Assembly: GCA_016748015.1 (NCBI GenBank)
Contig: JAAOMT010000046.1
Span: forward strand, 516,273-580,272
Direction: 5' to 3'
Length of the DNA: 64,000 nucleotides
Source: Geosiphon pyriformis uo1
Taxonomy: Eukaryota; Fungi; Glomeromycota
Of this stretch, positions 1-12,100 are shown piece after piece (position 1 is the first letter of the stretch; every line of letters begins with the position of its first letter). The notes under the pieces were generated by a model. It was not told where the DNA came from and ran no database searches. It saw only the letters and a list, made by a program, of their open reading frames with translations. The position numbers were made by a program, and so were the translations under genes.

Positions 1-1019
1 CAATTTGAGGTGGTAAATAGCCTTTAAAGGTTTCTTTCATTTTTAATCAAGTAAAAAAATTTGGAATAAAGAAATTTATAAGCGGAGTTTTTTTCTCTGA
101 TTCAAATTTGTGATTATCAACCGAAAAAAGGCCTGTAAACGTTTACTCAAAATAGAAAATGACTTTATATTTATTTATTTTCAGCTTGAAAACCGTGTTT
201 AACACAAAATCTCGGTTTTAAAAAACCCCCCCCCCCAAAAGATTTGAGTTTGTATCAGTTACCACGCCACGCCACGCCACGGGAATTTTTGAAATAGGTT
301 AAATTTTCAGGGAAAAAAAACCCAATTACCCCTATTTCTTAAAGCATCTACATCTAGTTGTTGTAACAACTCAAACTTCAATATTAGGGATTCAGTTTTT
401 GTTATAAATGATTTATTATCAAAATGGCTTATTTCAGATTCTTTTTTTTTCGAAATAGCGTCATCATAATTTACATGCTTGTTCGCTTTAATAGTAATTT
501 TTTCGATTTCAAATTTACATTTTTTTTAGAATATAGAAAACTTGATTATAATGTATTTATATTTTGTGCTGCTGCTACTATTATTATTTTTACTTTGAAC
601 TTACTCAGAATGAATTTAAAGTTTACGCGTTTTTTGAGCTTGAAGCTTTTTGTGTGGGGAATTGGTGGATTTTTACATTACGAGATTTAGTTGGGGGGGA
701 GGGGGGTATAATGACCTTTTAGGAATTTAAATTGTATTTTGATTTATATTTATAATTAAAGCCCGTCATGCCAGCATTTAGAACGGACCTGGAGACGTGT
801 AAGTCTTTTTTTTTTTTTAAGGGTGCCATATTTATCGAGTGTTACATAGCACTCTTTAACTCGCTCACTTTTAAGTTTTGACAGACAGGTAGTAGTAAAA
901 AAAAGATTTGTTTGCCAAGTGTTACTTTTTAAAAGGGTGTAGGGAAGAAAGGCTGAAATTATGACATCATTTTATTTATCTAAATTTATTTATTTATTTA
1001 TTTTTTTGCCATTGATTTT

Positions 1020-1683
1020 TCAAATTAACAGAGATTGAAGATCAGTAGGTTTCGATATTCGTTGTTCTTGAGGTAGTTGACCATAAGATGAGGAAGAAGA
1101 GCGTGAAGAGCCACGCGAATGTGATTGATAATATTCTTTAGAATCCGATTCACCAGAGGATGAAGATGGTGTCAAATAGTCGTGTACAGAAATTTGAGAA
1201 CGTAGATGATGAATCTGTAAAAATGAATAAAAAAATTTATTAATTTATTTTTTTATTCTTGTTCAAGTTTTTTTAAACTTTGTATTTTGAGACAAAAAGA
1301 GACAATTACCTCATCTTCCAATTCACGAATTTTAGATTTAGCATTAAGTTTATCTGAATTAGCATCCTCTAATCGCCGTTCCAACTCGTTAATCCTTTTA
1401 ACGGTATCAATACTTTCTAATTCTTGTACGCGTCGTTCCAAGAATTGACACTTTTCTTGCATATCACGTTCACGTTGCTTTCGTCGATCACGGAAACGTG
1501 CACTGGCACCCGCGTTGCGACGACGTTTTTCGGCCAAGAGTTCCGTGGCGGGATCAATTTGTGAATGACGCGACGATGATGAAGATGAAGAGGAAAAGCT
1601 GTCATGATGATGATGGTGATGATGATATGAATGATATGGATGATGATGATGATGATGATTACTACTACTACTACTACTACTAC

Positions 1684-1716
<33 letters not shown>

Positions 1717-2242
1717 GCGAGGAGAGTTGAGGTGGAGACGAAATGGTCATTGGTGAAAGAGAACCAGTTGATGAAGGGGAAAAAGACTGTCGACGTGATG
1801 GTATATCATAAAGTGATGTAACTTCCGAGTAAGGATGATATCCCTTTGTGTTGTTGTTGTTGTTGTTGTTGGTGGATGATTGATAAGAATCGATAGAATG
1901 CTGTCGCGTTATAACTGGTTTTGATGATGGACCAGTCCCAAGATATGTGGAAGGTTGAGTGTGAATTGATGAAGTAGAAAAATTCATTTCATGTGTTGGA
2001 CTATGTATTGGTGAAAGTATTGGAATTGATGGAGATACCATACGAGATACTGGCGGTAGTACTGAAGGTATCGTTGATTGATCACCATTAATGTTATTAC
2101 TATGACTATTGTTATTACTATTGATCGAACTATTAATGGTTTGGGAATTGTTTTGATTATTTAAGCGTGAAATTGTTGTGTTTGTTATTTCAAAACTAGC
2201 GATTGGAGGTAACCGGTTGGTAGTTTGAGAAAAACGAGACAT
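1020..2242 (-). CDS. bZIP transcription factor, MetR/CYS-3/Zip1-like basic region; 2 exons (2242-1310, 1214-1020), ~375 aa
   Basis: Basic region EKRRRNAGASARFRDRRKQRE followed by a heptad zipper. A GTAATT...TTACAG intron at 1309-1215 (95 nt, phase 0) continues the frame as IHHLRSQ...DLQSLLI-TGA(1022-1020). Poly-N/S/H low-complexity tracts. No internal stops and CpGs retained. Confidence 0.9.
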
Positions 2243-3212
2243 GTTTGATGTATGATGATGATGATAATGATGATAATGATACGATTTTTTCGTGATGATT
2301 TTATGTCAAGAAAAAAAATTTTTTTTTTTTTTCCAAAGAAAACAATTTAATTTCTAGTGTAACAATGAATGATTGGAAAAATATATTCGTGAGAAAAGAT
2401 CGTTCAATGAACTGCAGAGTGAAAAGATTTCTTTATTTCCAAAAATAATAAATTGTCAAATTGCAAAAAAAAATTTCATAAAAGAATTTAAGTTGTCGGG
2501 TTAAAGTAGAATTTTTTTTGTATTGTTATCGTGGTTCGTCTTCGTGAAATAGAGGATAAAAGATAAAAAATTTTAAGAAGCTTCAAACAGTTGAAGTAAA
2601 AAAGATTGATAATCAAGTCAAAGAAGAAAAGAAAAATGACAATTGAGTATCGTAAATAACAAGAGACAAAGATATGGTTATTTTCTACGGGACAGGCTGC
2701 TTATATCTCAGTTTTGTGTCATCATCATCATCATCATCATCGTCGTTGTCATTGTCGTGACGGTGAGGTGAACATGTCGCGTGAGTTAAGTTTTTTTTTT
2801 GTTGGAAGCTGTTTATTCAATTGGAAGTCAGCATATTTTTTTTTACAAGGATAAAAGAAGGGTTAAGATATATTACCCTATAAAGAGTTATAATAATAAA
2901 ACTTTATACTAAATTATGTGAACATTGACAATTTAATAAATTTTCCTTTCTAGATAATGTATTGGTACAAGATTTTTTTTTTTTTAGAATAAAAGTCCTC
3001 CCATCCCTCCCCCCATAATATTGATTAACCGGGTTGTACCATACTTTAAAAGAAATTGTATTTGTTACAAGAATGATGCCATGATTGTTTTTCTGCAGGT
3101 TTGGAAAGATCAACAACGACTAAAAAAAACAAACGAGAAAAACTTGACCAAATTTTTTAAAATAAGAAATTAATAGTTTTTTTTTTGACTTGTATATGAA
3201 TTTTTTTCTTCC

Positions 3213-3335
<123 letters not shown>

Positions 3336-3594
3336 TGGGAACTAAAAAAACTTTTGCACTAAAAAAGGATGTAATAAATAGTGTCAACATCAAAAAGTGC
3401 GACAGTTTTGTACTAGATCAATTTTTGGCTTATCTAATTTTATCAAATATCTGCAGTTTATATATTATTGCCCATTACAAAAACCCAGTTGGGGGAAATA
3501 TTTTTTGTAATAAAGCTCAAAAGAAAAAAAAAAATAATGTGTGTGCGTGTAAAATGTGCATAAAAAAAAATTGTTCGATTAATAACTCTAACCA

Positions 3595-3619
3595 GTGTGT
3601 GTGTGTGTGTGTGTGTGTG
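3595..3619. repeat. (GT)n microsatellite
   Basis: Direct reading. Confidence 0.9.
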
Positions 3620-4376
3620 AAACATGAGTGAAAATATGTATCTGAAAAAGAAAATTTGGTGATGAATGATGAAATCGTGAAACCTTCATCAAACATCATT
3701 CAGACGTAATGATCCTAAGGCGTAATATTGAAAACACCCTCAATTTTTAAGTATAGCATTTATGGATTATTCAGTAACCTCGGATAATAGAAATTTGAAA
3801 TTTATGGGGAAAAAAAAACATGGTCAAAATACAAAGGCGTACAAATATGACCAATTTTTAATCAGGTATTTGATTCTCTAAAAGAGATACACAAATAAAA
3901 AATCCTATAAACATTTACTCAAAAAAATTCAAGATTATGAAAAATACGATATTCAACACACCTCTCCCAACTGATACATGAAAAAAAAAAAAATGGTCAA
4001 TTTTTTTTTATTGAAAAAAATAAAAAAATAAAAAAGGGGAAATAAAAAGGGGAAATAAAAAAGCCTGTACCCGTCTTTTCATCTGATAATTTACGATTTC
4101 AATCATCATTCGGAAAATTCCATTTTACCCATTTTTTTTTTACCCATTTTAATCTTTTTTTTTTTTTTTTCTCATTTGTAACCAAAATTACGCATTCTCT
4201 ATTTTCTCAATATTTTTATCATGCGAAAGTGAGGCAGATAGGAGAAAAATGTATTTTTTATGATTTCTGTATGGATGTGTATCAAAAAATAAAATAAAAA
4301 TATCGATATCGTAAAAGTGGGCAAAAAACTTTGATTTGAACATTCACTTTCCTTTCCCAAGATATTAAATTGTATG

Positions 4377-4377
<1 letters not shown>

Positions 4378-4410
<33 letters not shown>
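4378..4410. repeat. (CAAT)n microsatellite
   Basis: ~8 tandem units. Confidence 0.9.
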
Positions 4411-4412
<2 letters not shown>

Positions 4413-5537
4413 GCATTTTTGCCTAGTTCCTATTTTAAAAACTGGTATGTGCATTGGGGGGAAGGGATCCTCATACGATATTGAATGATTATATCGTAAT
4501 GGAATTCTATGAGAATTTTCCGGTTTGACGAAATCATAAAAAAAAAAAAAATTCCCGATATTAAAAATATTAGTCAAATTTGATGGGAAGGCGTCCCATG
4601 AAAAATTATCACTTTTTTGATTGGCTCATGATTGTGGCAAAGCACAAAAGGTTACTTGTTGGATAAATTTAGGAAATTCGTGCGTCTAAAAGTAGGCGTA
4701 AAAAATTAAAACTTGGCGAAAAAAAATATTTATCTGACATATGGGGTAAATCTTTTTTTAAAGTCTAGAAGAAAAACAGTTTTCGGATACCAGTTAAATA
4801 CTCAGCAGCATCATGTATATATCCCTAGCCACCATGCATAATTCTCGAACCAATTCCCCGGGAATCAATGCAATCCTTTCCAAAATCTATAAACATTCGA
4901 TCATGTTAAAGCATTCCCCATTCCCCATTCCCCATTCTCATTCCCCATCCTGCATCCCACATCCCCCATCCTCATTGAACATGTATGATTTAATATAATC
5001 ATCGATTATTACTGTTTACCATTCTAACCACAAAAAATCTGATTTTTTTAAAACACCCCATTTCTAAAATAAAATAAAAATATCCACAAAATAAAATAAC
5101 CCTCCTTCCTTCTTTTAAGTTTTATTTAGTACATAACTAAACACAGTTAAAACTTTGTCACTTAACGCATATCAGATAATGGGGAAAACGCCGAATTCCC
5201 GATTGCACCGTGAGACGGTGAATTTCGAAATTTTGAAAATTTCCCATCTTACTTACATAGTGGTTTGCGCGATTTGCGACTCCTATTGAATATCATGATC
5301 TAGTCGTAATAAGGTGTATTACATTTTGTGGATGCGCAGCTGATATTTGTATACACGCACGCAAAAATAGGGAATAAAACTTTGTTAATTATCGATAAAT
5401 ATATATAATTTACAAATTTATATATATTAATAATCAATTTTTTTTATTGGAAATTTTTTCATTATTAAAAATCGTTGTATCTTTTTTTCTCAGGTCTGAA
5501 ATTATTACGATCACGAGCCAATTATACGAATATATCG

Positions 5538-5600
5538 CACACACACGCACACACACACACACCCACCCACACACACACACAAACACACACACACAAACAG
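5538..5600. repeat. Imperfect (AC)n microsatellite
   Basis: Direct reading. Confidence 0.85.
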
Positions 5601-5949
5601 ACAGACAACTCGAGTTTATGTGACTTCTCATTCTATTGTATTATTTTAGGTGGGGAAACATCATAATGATAATAATAGAAAGTGGGTAAATAAGGTTGCA
5701 TTGCCGCGATAATCATTAAATAAATGATTACTGATCAGATTCGTCACTAAGAGTCATTTTCGTAAAACGATGAAATGATTTTGAAAGGTGTGTATTATAA
5801 AATTTACATTTAACCAAGAAATTAGTTCAATTGAACCAGCACATTAACTTTATTCTTGTTTAAAAAGAAAATATTTCTATTGAAAAAATCACGTGAGTTA
5901 GATTTCATATCCAAGTTTCTAAATTATTTATTTATATTTTAAAAGTGTT

Positions 5950-6606
5950 AATTAAATTACTATTATTCGTTTTTGTTTTAAGTTTGAAATTATTAAAAGT
6001 TTTTTTTGAAAAAAATACTATTTATACAGCGAAAACGAAAACATATTATAAAAATATTTAAAAATTCAAAAATTTCAATAAAAATGATTTTAAAACATTA
6101 TTATTATTTTATTTTTATTATTATTTTTATTATTACTACTATTTATAATTGAAAATTTATTTTAAACATTATTATTAAAACAAAATTCACAAAATTCCAT
6201 TTTTAAATTAACAATATTAAAAAAATATAAACTAAGAATTAATATTTGGCAAAACACCAAAAATCAATTTTTGTAATTTTTGATTAAATCTTTTAAAATT
6301 TAAATTGAAAATAATTAATTTTAAAAAGTAATAATTAAATTAGTAAAACAAAGATTACTAAAACTTAATATTACCAAATTCATATAAATTTTATATATAA
6401 TATTTAAAGTTAATTAAAAACTATATATTTACATTAATATTAAAATAATATTCAATAAAAATTAATTATAAAAAAATATTTCTTGATTTTTGTTAATTTA
6501 TTTCTATTATTTAATTTTTATTTTATTTAAATAAAAAAATTTATTAAAATTTATTAATTTTAAAATACTATTAATTTATATATTAAATTCTAAAATTTTT
6601 TAACCA

Positions 6607-6656
<50 letters not shown>

Positions 6657-7835
6657 AGTTAATAAGTAAAATCCAAAATTATTTAATTCAAAAAAATTAT
6701 TTTTATTTTTATTAATAATTAATAATTAAAATTCAACTATTATTTACTATAATATAATAAAAATATATATTTTAAAATAAATATTATTCAAGCCAATTAA
6801 AACTATATTATATATCAAAAAAAAATTTATTTATTTTTAAAACCAAATCAAATTAAATAAACTTTAAAAATATTTAATTTTATATAATTAAACTAAAAAC
6901 AACAATTACAAAATTATATATATATATATTAAACATTAAAATTTTAACATTGATAAAAAAAATTTTTTACTTAGTTTTTAATATTATATATTAATATTTA
7001 ATTATTATTTTTGTATTTAATTATTATTTTATAATAAAATTCAATTAATTTAAAATAAATAACTTTTACAATTTTAAAAATCATCAATAATTTTTTAAAT
7101 CAAGTTTTAATATAAAGTTTTTATATAAAATTATATAAAATAAATTATTTTTATTTGTATTATATAAAAACTAAACATAAAAATAATCAAATAAATAATT
7201 ATAAACAATTAATATTTTAATGTTAAAAGTTTTATATATAAAAATACATAATATTATTTAAATAAAAAATAACCAAAAAAATTTTATTATTATTAATTAA
7301 CCAATTAAATATTAAAATTATAAATAATATAATATTAAAAATATCAAAAAAGTTTCTAAAAATATTAAAATTACCAAGAATTTTAAGCATTTTAAAAATA
7401 TTAAAATAATTAAAAATAATATTTACCAATAAAAAAAAATTTAATAATTAAATAACTAAAAAACAAATCCCATTTTTATTTTTAAGTTAATATAATTTTA
7501 AATAAAATCATTATTTAAATTTATAAATTCAAAATATTATTATTATTATTATTATTAAATTTATTAATAATTATTTTATATTAACAAATATTAAAATTAT
7601 AATATCAATATCAATATTAATATTATTATTATTATTTATTAATTTATAAATAAAATTTAAATGCTATTTAATATTATATATCAAATTAAATAGTCTAAAT
7701 TAAATATAACCAGCTATTTAGACCAATAAAAACAATATTACATATTTATATTAATTAAAATAATATAATTAATATTAAAAAAAATATAGTTTTAGTAATA
7801 TTAAACAATTTTACTATATTATTTTTTTTTTATTA
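5950..7835. other. Extremely AT-rich, G-poor tract, probably a terminally mutated repeat relic; contains (TTA)n at 6607-6654
   Basis: Almost no G and nearly no CpG. No credible ORF. Lies at the gene/transposon border. Confidence 0.6.
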
Positions 7836-9090
7836 TGGTACAAATCATTTATAGTCATCAAACAATTTATATAATTTTAAATTGTATCTAGTCTTCCAAT
7901 TTTAATAATATTAAAAAACTAAATCATAAATATGTTAGATTAAGTTCTTCTCTTTCACATTTATAGTTTAATTTTTTGAATTATATTATAATTTATAAAG
8001 TTATTAAAGTTTAAAATTAGCCACTTTTATTATTAATCTTTAATTTTCGAATGCTGATCAATTAGATTTTAGCCAATCAACAATCACTAAAGTCACATTA
8101 CCACGTAATAAATTATTGAAGTATTATCATTTTCAGAAAGGCTTTCAATTAATATTAATCAAATCTTTAAATAGTCACTTTTTTATAAAGATATAATATC
8201 TCTCAGTCTGCATGTCTTCTGCTGGTGATATGGCACCATTAATCATGAATATTCTATTTACACCACTACTATATTTGGTTGTCATTATTGGAACAGAAAT
8301 CCAGATATCAATATTGTTTACACCAGGCGTCAAAGAAATCATAAAAGTACTATGAGCAATTGTTGGAGAATTTGGGAATGTTATTTGCACTCTATTTGTA
8401 ACCTTGTGTTATTATAATGTGGATATTTACTTTAAATTCACAAATAACCTTTCAATAACTATAATGTTGTATTTCAAAGAATTGCTTGGATCTAAGAGAT
8501 ATACAAAATCCCCTGTAATAAAGATTTCTGGTTAAATTTAATATTTAAATAATGAATTATACCAAAGAGAAATATAATGACTAAAATACCTATCATGTAT
8601 TCGACTGAATCATGATCTAGTTTTAAAATTGGTTTCCTAGGTTGTAAAAGGAATTTCGATTGTTGAATATTTCAACAACTTATTAGAATATGATATATAA
8701 TAGCTTATCACAATAATCAAGAAACTTACATCAGTTGGTGTTAATTTAGGGGAATCAGATTGGAATTGAAAGATCTTTGGCTTTATCTTGATTGAGAAAA
8801 CTGAAGTTGTTTTAAAGCCCATAATCTTGAATAGCTTTTTTTTGTTAGTGTTGTACATTTTTTAACGAGTTTGTTTTGATGCAAAAAATGTATGAAATGT
8901 ATTAGTTCAAGTAAATAAAATCCAGATTTTTTTGTAAAAGCCTAATAAACTTCTTATTTATAAATAATATATTAAAAACACATGTATATTAACCAATAAA
9001 ATTTAATTATATGAATAAAAACACATGAAGATTGTCATTTAAAATTTCGGACTGATTTACATTTTTGATGATTATAAATGGTTTGCACCA
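7836..9090. mobile_element. Non-autonomous TIR DNA transposon (1255 bp, TA TSD, Tc1/mariner-type ends) with captured gene fragments, copy 1
   Basis: Left TIR 7836-7862 TGGTACAAATCATTTATAGTCATCAAA versus reverse complement of 9064-9090 TGGTGCAAACCATTTATAATCATCAAA (24/27, all three mismatches transitions). TA on both flanks (7834-35, 9091-92). A second copy starts at 63439. Confidence 0.88.
8175..8641 (-). pseudogene. Captured fragment of an RSC1/RSC2/polybromo-like gene: BAH-domain N-terminus with intron, joined to a putative C-terminal beta-sandwich segment
   Basis: Splicing the GTATTT...TTACAG intron (8589-8513, phase 1) gives RKPILKLDHDSVEYMIG|DFVYLLDPSNSLKYNIIVIERLF, matching the BAH start motif Y-x-(V/I)-G-D-(W/Y/F)-V...I-(E/F)-R-L-(W/F). 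Downstream reads TISLTPGVNNIDIxVSVP...ERYYIFIKK. In-frame stops are present. Confidence 0.65.
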
Positions 9091-9100
9091 TACAAATTTT

Positions 9101-12100
9101 ATGAATGAAACCCAACTGCTATCTAGTACATAGAACCAAACTAAGTAAAACCAACTAAATGCAGTTCATGCACAGACTACATGTGGCCAGCCACTTGGAC
9201 CAGACAAGGCAACATTATGCACTTATGCTGACAAAAGCACCACCATCCAAACCAGAGAAAAATTGACACAATTTGTATCTACCAAACCTAATAGCAAAGG
9301 ATTCCATAATACCAAGTATACAAACAACACCAGCCGACAACCTAGAACCCATACTGCCAAACAAGCCAGAAACCAGACTATTATCCCCAACCAAGCTGGC
9401 TTTTTCCATATTTACCCTATGTTTGGCTCTAATAGACCATATCTTATTGTGATGTAACTTCACCAAAAACCTAACATATTCAACAAGGACTAGAACAGCT
9501 TCCTTTTTCCCCTCAAAAACTAAAACAGCTTCAGCATACTAATCTCCTATTACAAAACTCTTGCAAATTACTGTATAAAAACTCACATCCAAAAAACACA
9601 ATGAAAGTAAAAGCAGAATAGCAAATGTAAATGGACTTGAAAGACCAGACATTGACATCTATTTTTCAGTAACTTCAACCAAAATGTTTCCACAGAGACC
9701 AGAGTCATCAGAACAGGTAAAAACATGATTAAATAACTCCATCTTGCCACACATAAAGCACAACACCCCAAGATAACTCTTCTTATACAACTTTTTTCTA
9801 ATTGTAACCAGCAGCTATTTGTATACAGCCTTTATTAAATATGTGCACAGATTGGCTGATTTTCTACTGGTAAACCCAAACAGCATATATGAATCAGGGT
9901 GCCAAATTGCTGCAGTAGTCCTCCAATCTATTTCTCTAATCATAACATTTGAAACAATATCAAAACCCAGACCAGTCTCCCAATGGGCACAGCATATTAA
10001 CTGGTGTAAATCTCGAACAAAATAACAAGTATTGTCAGATACAGCAGATTTCTCAGCAATCATAAATCTTTTTCGAATTCCAACCGGCAAAGAAAAAGAT
10101 AAGGAAGTTGCCTCATTAACTAATACATCAATCTTAACATTGCCCACTACACCTGAATGCCCCTTAACCTTCACCTACTTAATTGAAATATTTTTATTCC
10201 TAAGAAAATTGTCTATATGCAATCTTTTGATCCAACATTGGTTACAGAAGTTAAGCATAGTAAGAGAAATCTCAGAAGTGCATGTATCAATCACAGATTA
10301 ACTATCTGAGTATAAAACCACTAAACATGAAGATGGAACACACTCTAAAGTCAATACTACAGTCTGCAATTCAGTTAAAATAGAGGACAAAAGCCCATTC
10401 ACTCTAATCTCAATACTCGCATCTGCAGCCGAAAAGTATGCAGCCATTTTACCTGCCACCTTAGCAAAACCAGCATATTGTAAGGATCTATCTGTATAAA
10501 CCTCAATACAATCAGACCACATCTCTAGTAAACTATCACAAACATCAGAAAATCTATCAGAATTTAAGACACTCAGCATATTCTTTCTCTTAGTAAAAGT
10601 AGTTCCAACTCCCAAAGAAACAGATTTGGTCATAAAATCAAATGTTAATGAAAACCAATGAGGCACTGAGCCTCTTAGATCCAACCACTTCCAACAATGA
10701 AATGTTTTCCAGTCTATCACCCTTCTATTTTTATCAAGAAGTCTGTCACCAAATACAATACCAAATCGTTTTAATGACAAAACAGATTTAAAATACAAGG
10801 ACTGATCTAAAATGTCAGATATTAGAAAGTTACCAAACTCACAAAAGACACAAGACAGATTGTTTGTTAATGACAACTCATTATTCAGAAAAATTTTCTC
10901 CACTCCAGCCAGAAAATTGTTTACAGAACTAACATGCAACCTGACTGAAAATTGTAAAGGATCCAAAGGAGCCCAGTCCAGAACTTGTAAATCCAAGAAT
11001 CTATAATTAAATAATCATCTCAGAATGCCACAGTTATTGAAGAATAAGATCAATAATGCCAGCTTCCCTTTAGACTGTACTTGCTCAAAGAGCTTTAAAC
11101 TATACAAAAAAGGATGGTGCAAGATCTCACTGAGAAAGTCATACAGCAAACCAGCTTTGGTCTTAAGACCTTTCCTAATCATAATGTCTCACTTACAACA
11201 CATAGCTAAAGAAACAAAACTGAATTGTGTATGATAACCAACTATGGACTACAAAACTGCTGACACCAAATAACAAAATTGTTTGTCTGTGATAGTCTTT
11301 CTTAACATTACATTAGAAAAAAACTTGATGTCTATATAAGCTTGAGCCAAACTGAATTTAGAGAGACCCTCAGTTGACAGAAATATGCCTAAATATTGGT
11401 GTGGCTCTCCCTTTTTAGCAATTGAAATTGGCAATCCATTGATCAACAGTGAGGCATTCTTAATTCCTTAATTGATTGAAATAACTACTGTTTTATCAAT
11501 ATTAATTGAGATGTCATTGATCATAAAAAATTCACATGCAATGTTCAAAATATACTGTATAGAAGCATGATTACTACTGATCCAAATTGTATCATCAACA
11601 AATAAACCAGCAGCTAAAAAAGAAGTTTTTCCTCTAATTGTCTTAATCCTGTCAGACTTAGCCACAAACTTAGAATCAATCCTGTATTCACATAAGTATT
11701 CATGTCTTTTTACCTCACACAGAAATAAGTCATAAAAGACCCTCCAAAGTAGCAAAGAGAAAACCTCCCCCTGATTCAACTTATTATGTACTCTGTAGCC
11801 TTCTGAGAGCCCAAAATCTGTTATCACTCTGTTGACCCAGTTCTCATGAATGTTACCAAAAAATTGGATGAAGTGTTTACACATTTTTATATGATATAAG
11901 CTTGCTCACAAATGATGCCAGCCTACTAAATTATAGGCTTTGTGCATATCTTGTAGTACTAACCAAAGCTCTCTGTTTTTCTCTAGAATATTTTCAACAA
12001 CCAAACCAATAACAAAAATAGGAGACTGGGTGGAAGTACTCTTCAACACTAAAAAATTGTTACCACAAAGAACATTAAACTTGCTATAAGCCAATGATAT

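Noticed and set aside
424-690. 88-aa hydrophobic ORF
   Set aside because: T-rich intergenic or 3'-flank sequence with no recognisable motif.
1253-1309. C-terminus VIVSFCLKIQSLKKLEQE of the 329-aa ORF
   Set aside because: Read-through into the intron; the spliced exon 2 continues the zipper.
1417-1716. Overlapping ORFs with poly-D/poly-Y
   Set aside because: Alternative-frame translations of trinucleotide repeats inside the bZIP gene.
5889-5896. TCACGTGA E-box/Cbf1-like site upstream of a MetR-like gene
   Set aside because: A single 8-mer 3.6 kb from the ATG; cannot be distinguished from chance.
5950-7835. Mitochondrial or endosymbiont insertion as the source of the AT-rich tract
   Set aside because: No tRNA, rRNA or protein motif recognisable in any frame.
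8637-8858. 73-aa ORF in the TIR element as a transposase
   Set aside because: No HTH/DDE motifs, and it is in a different frame from the BAH fragment; left unassigned.
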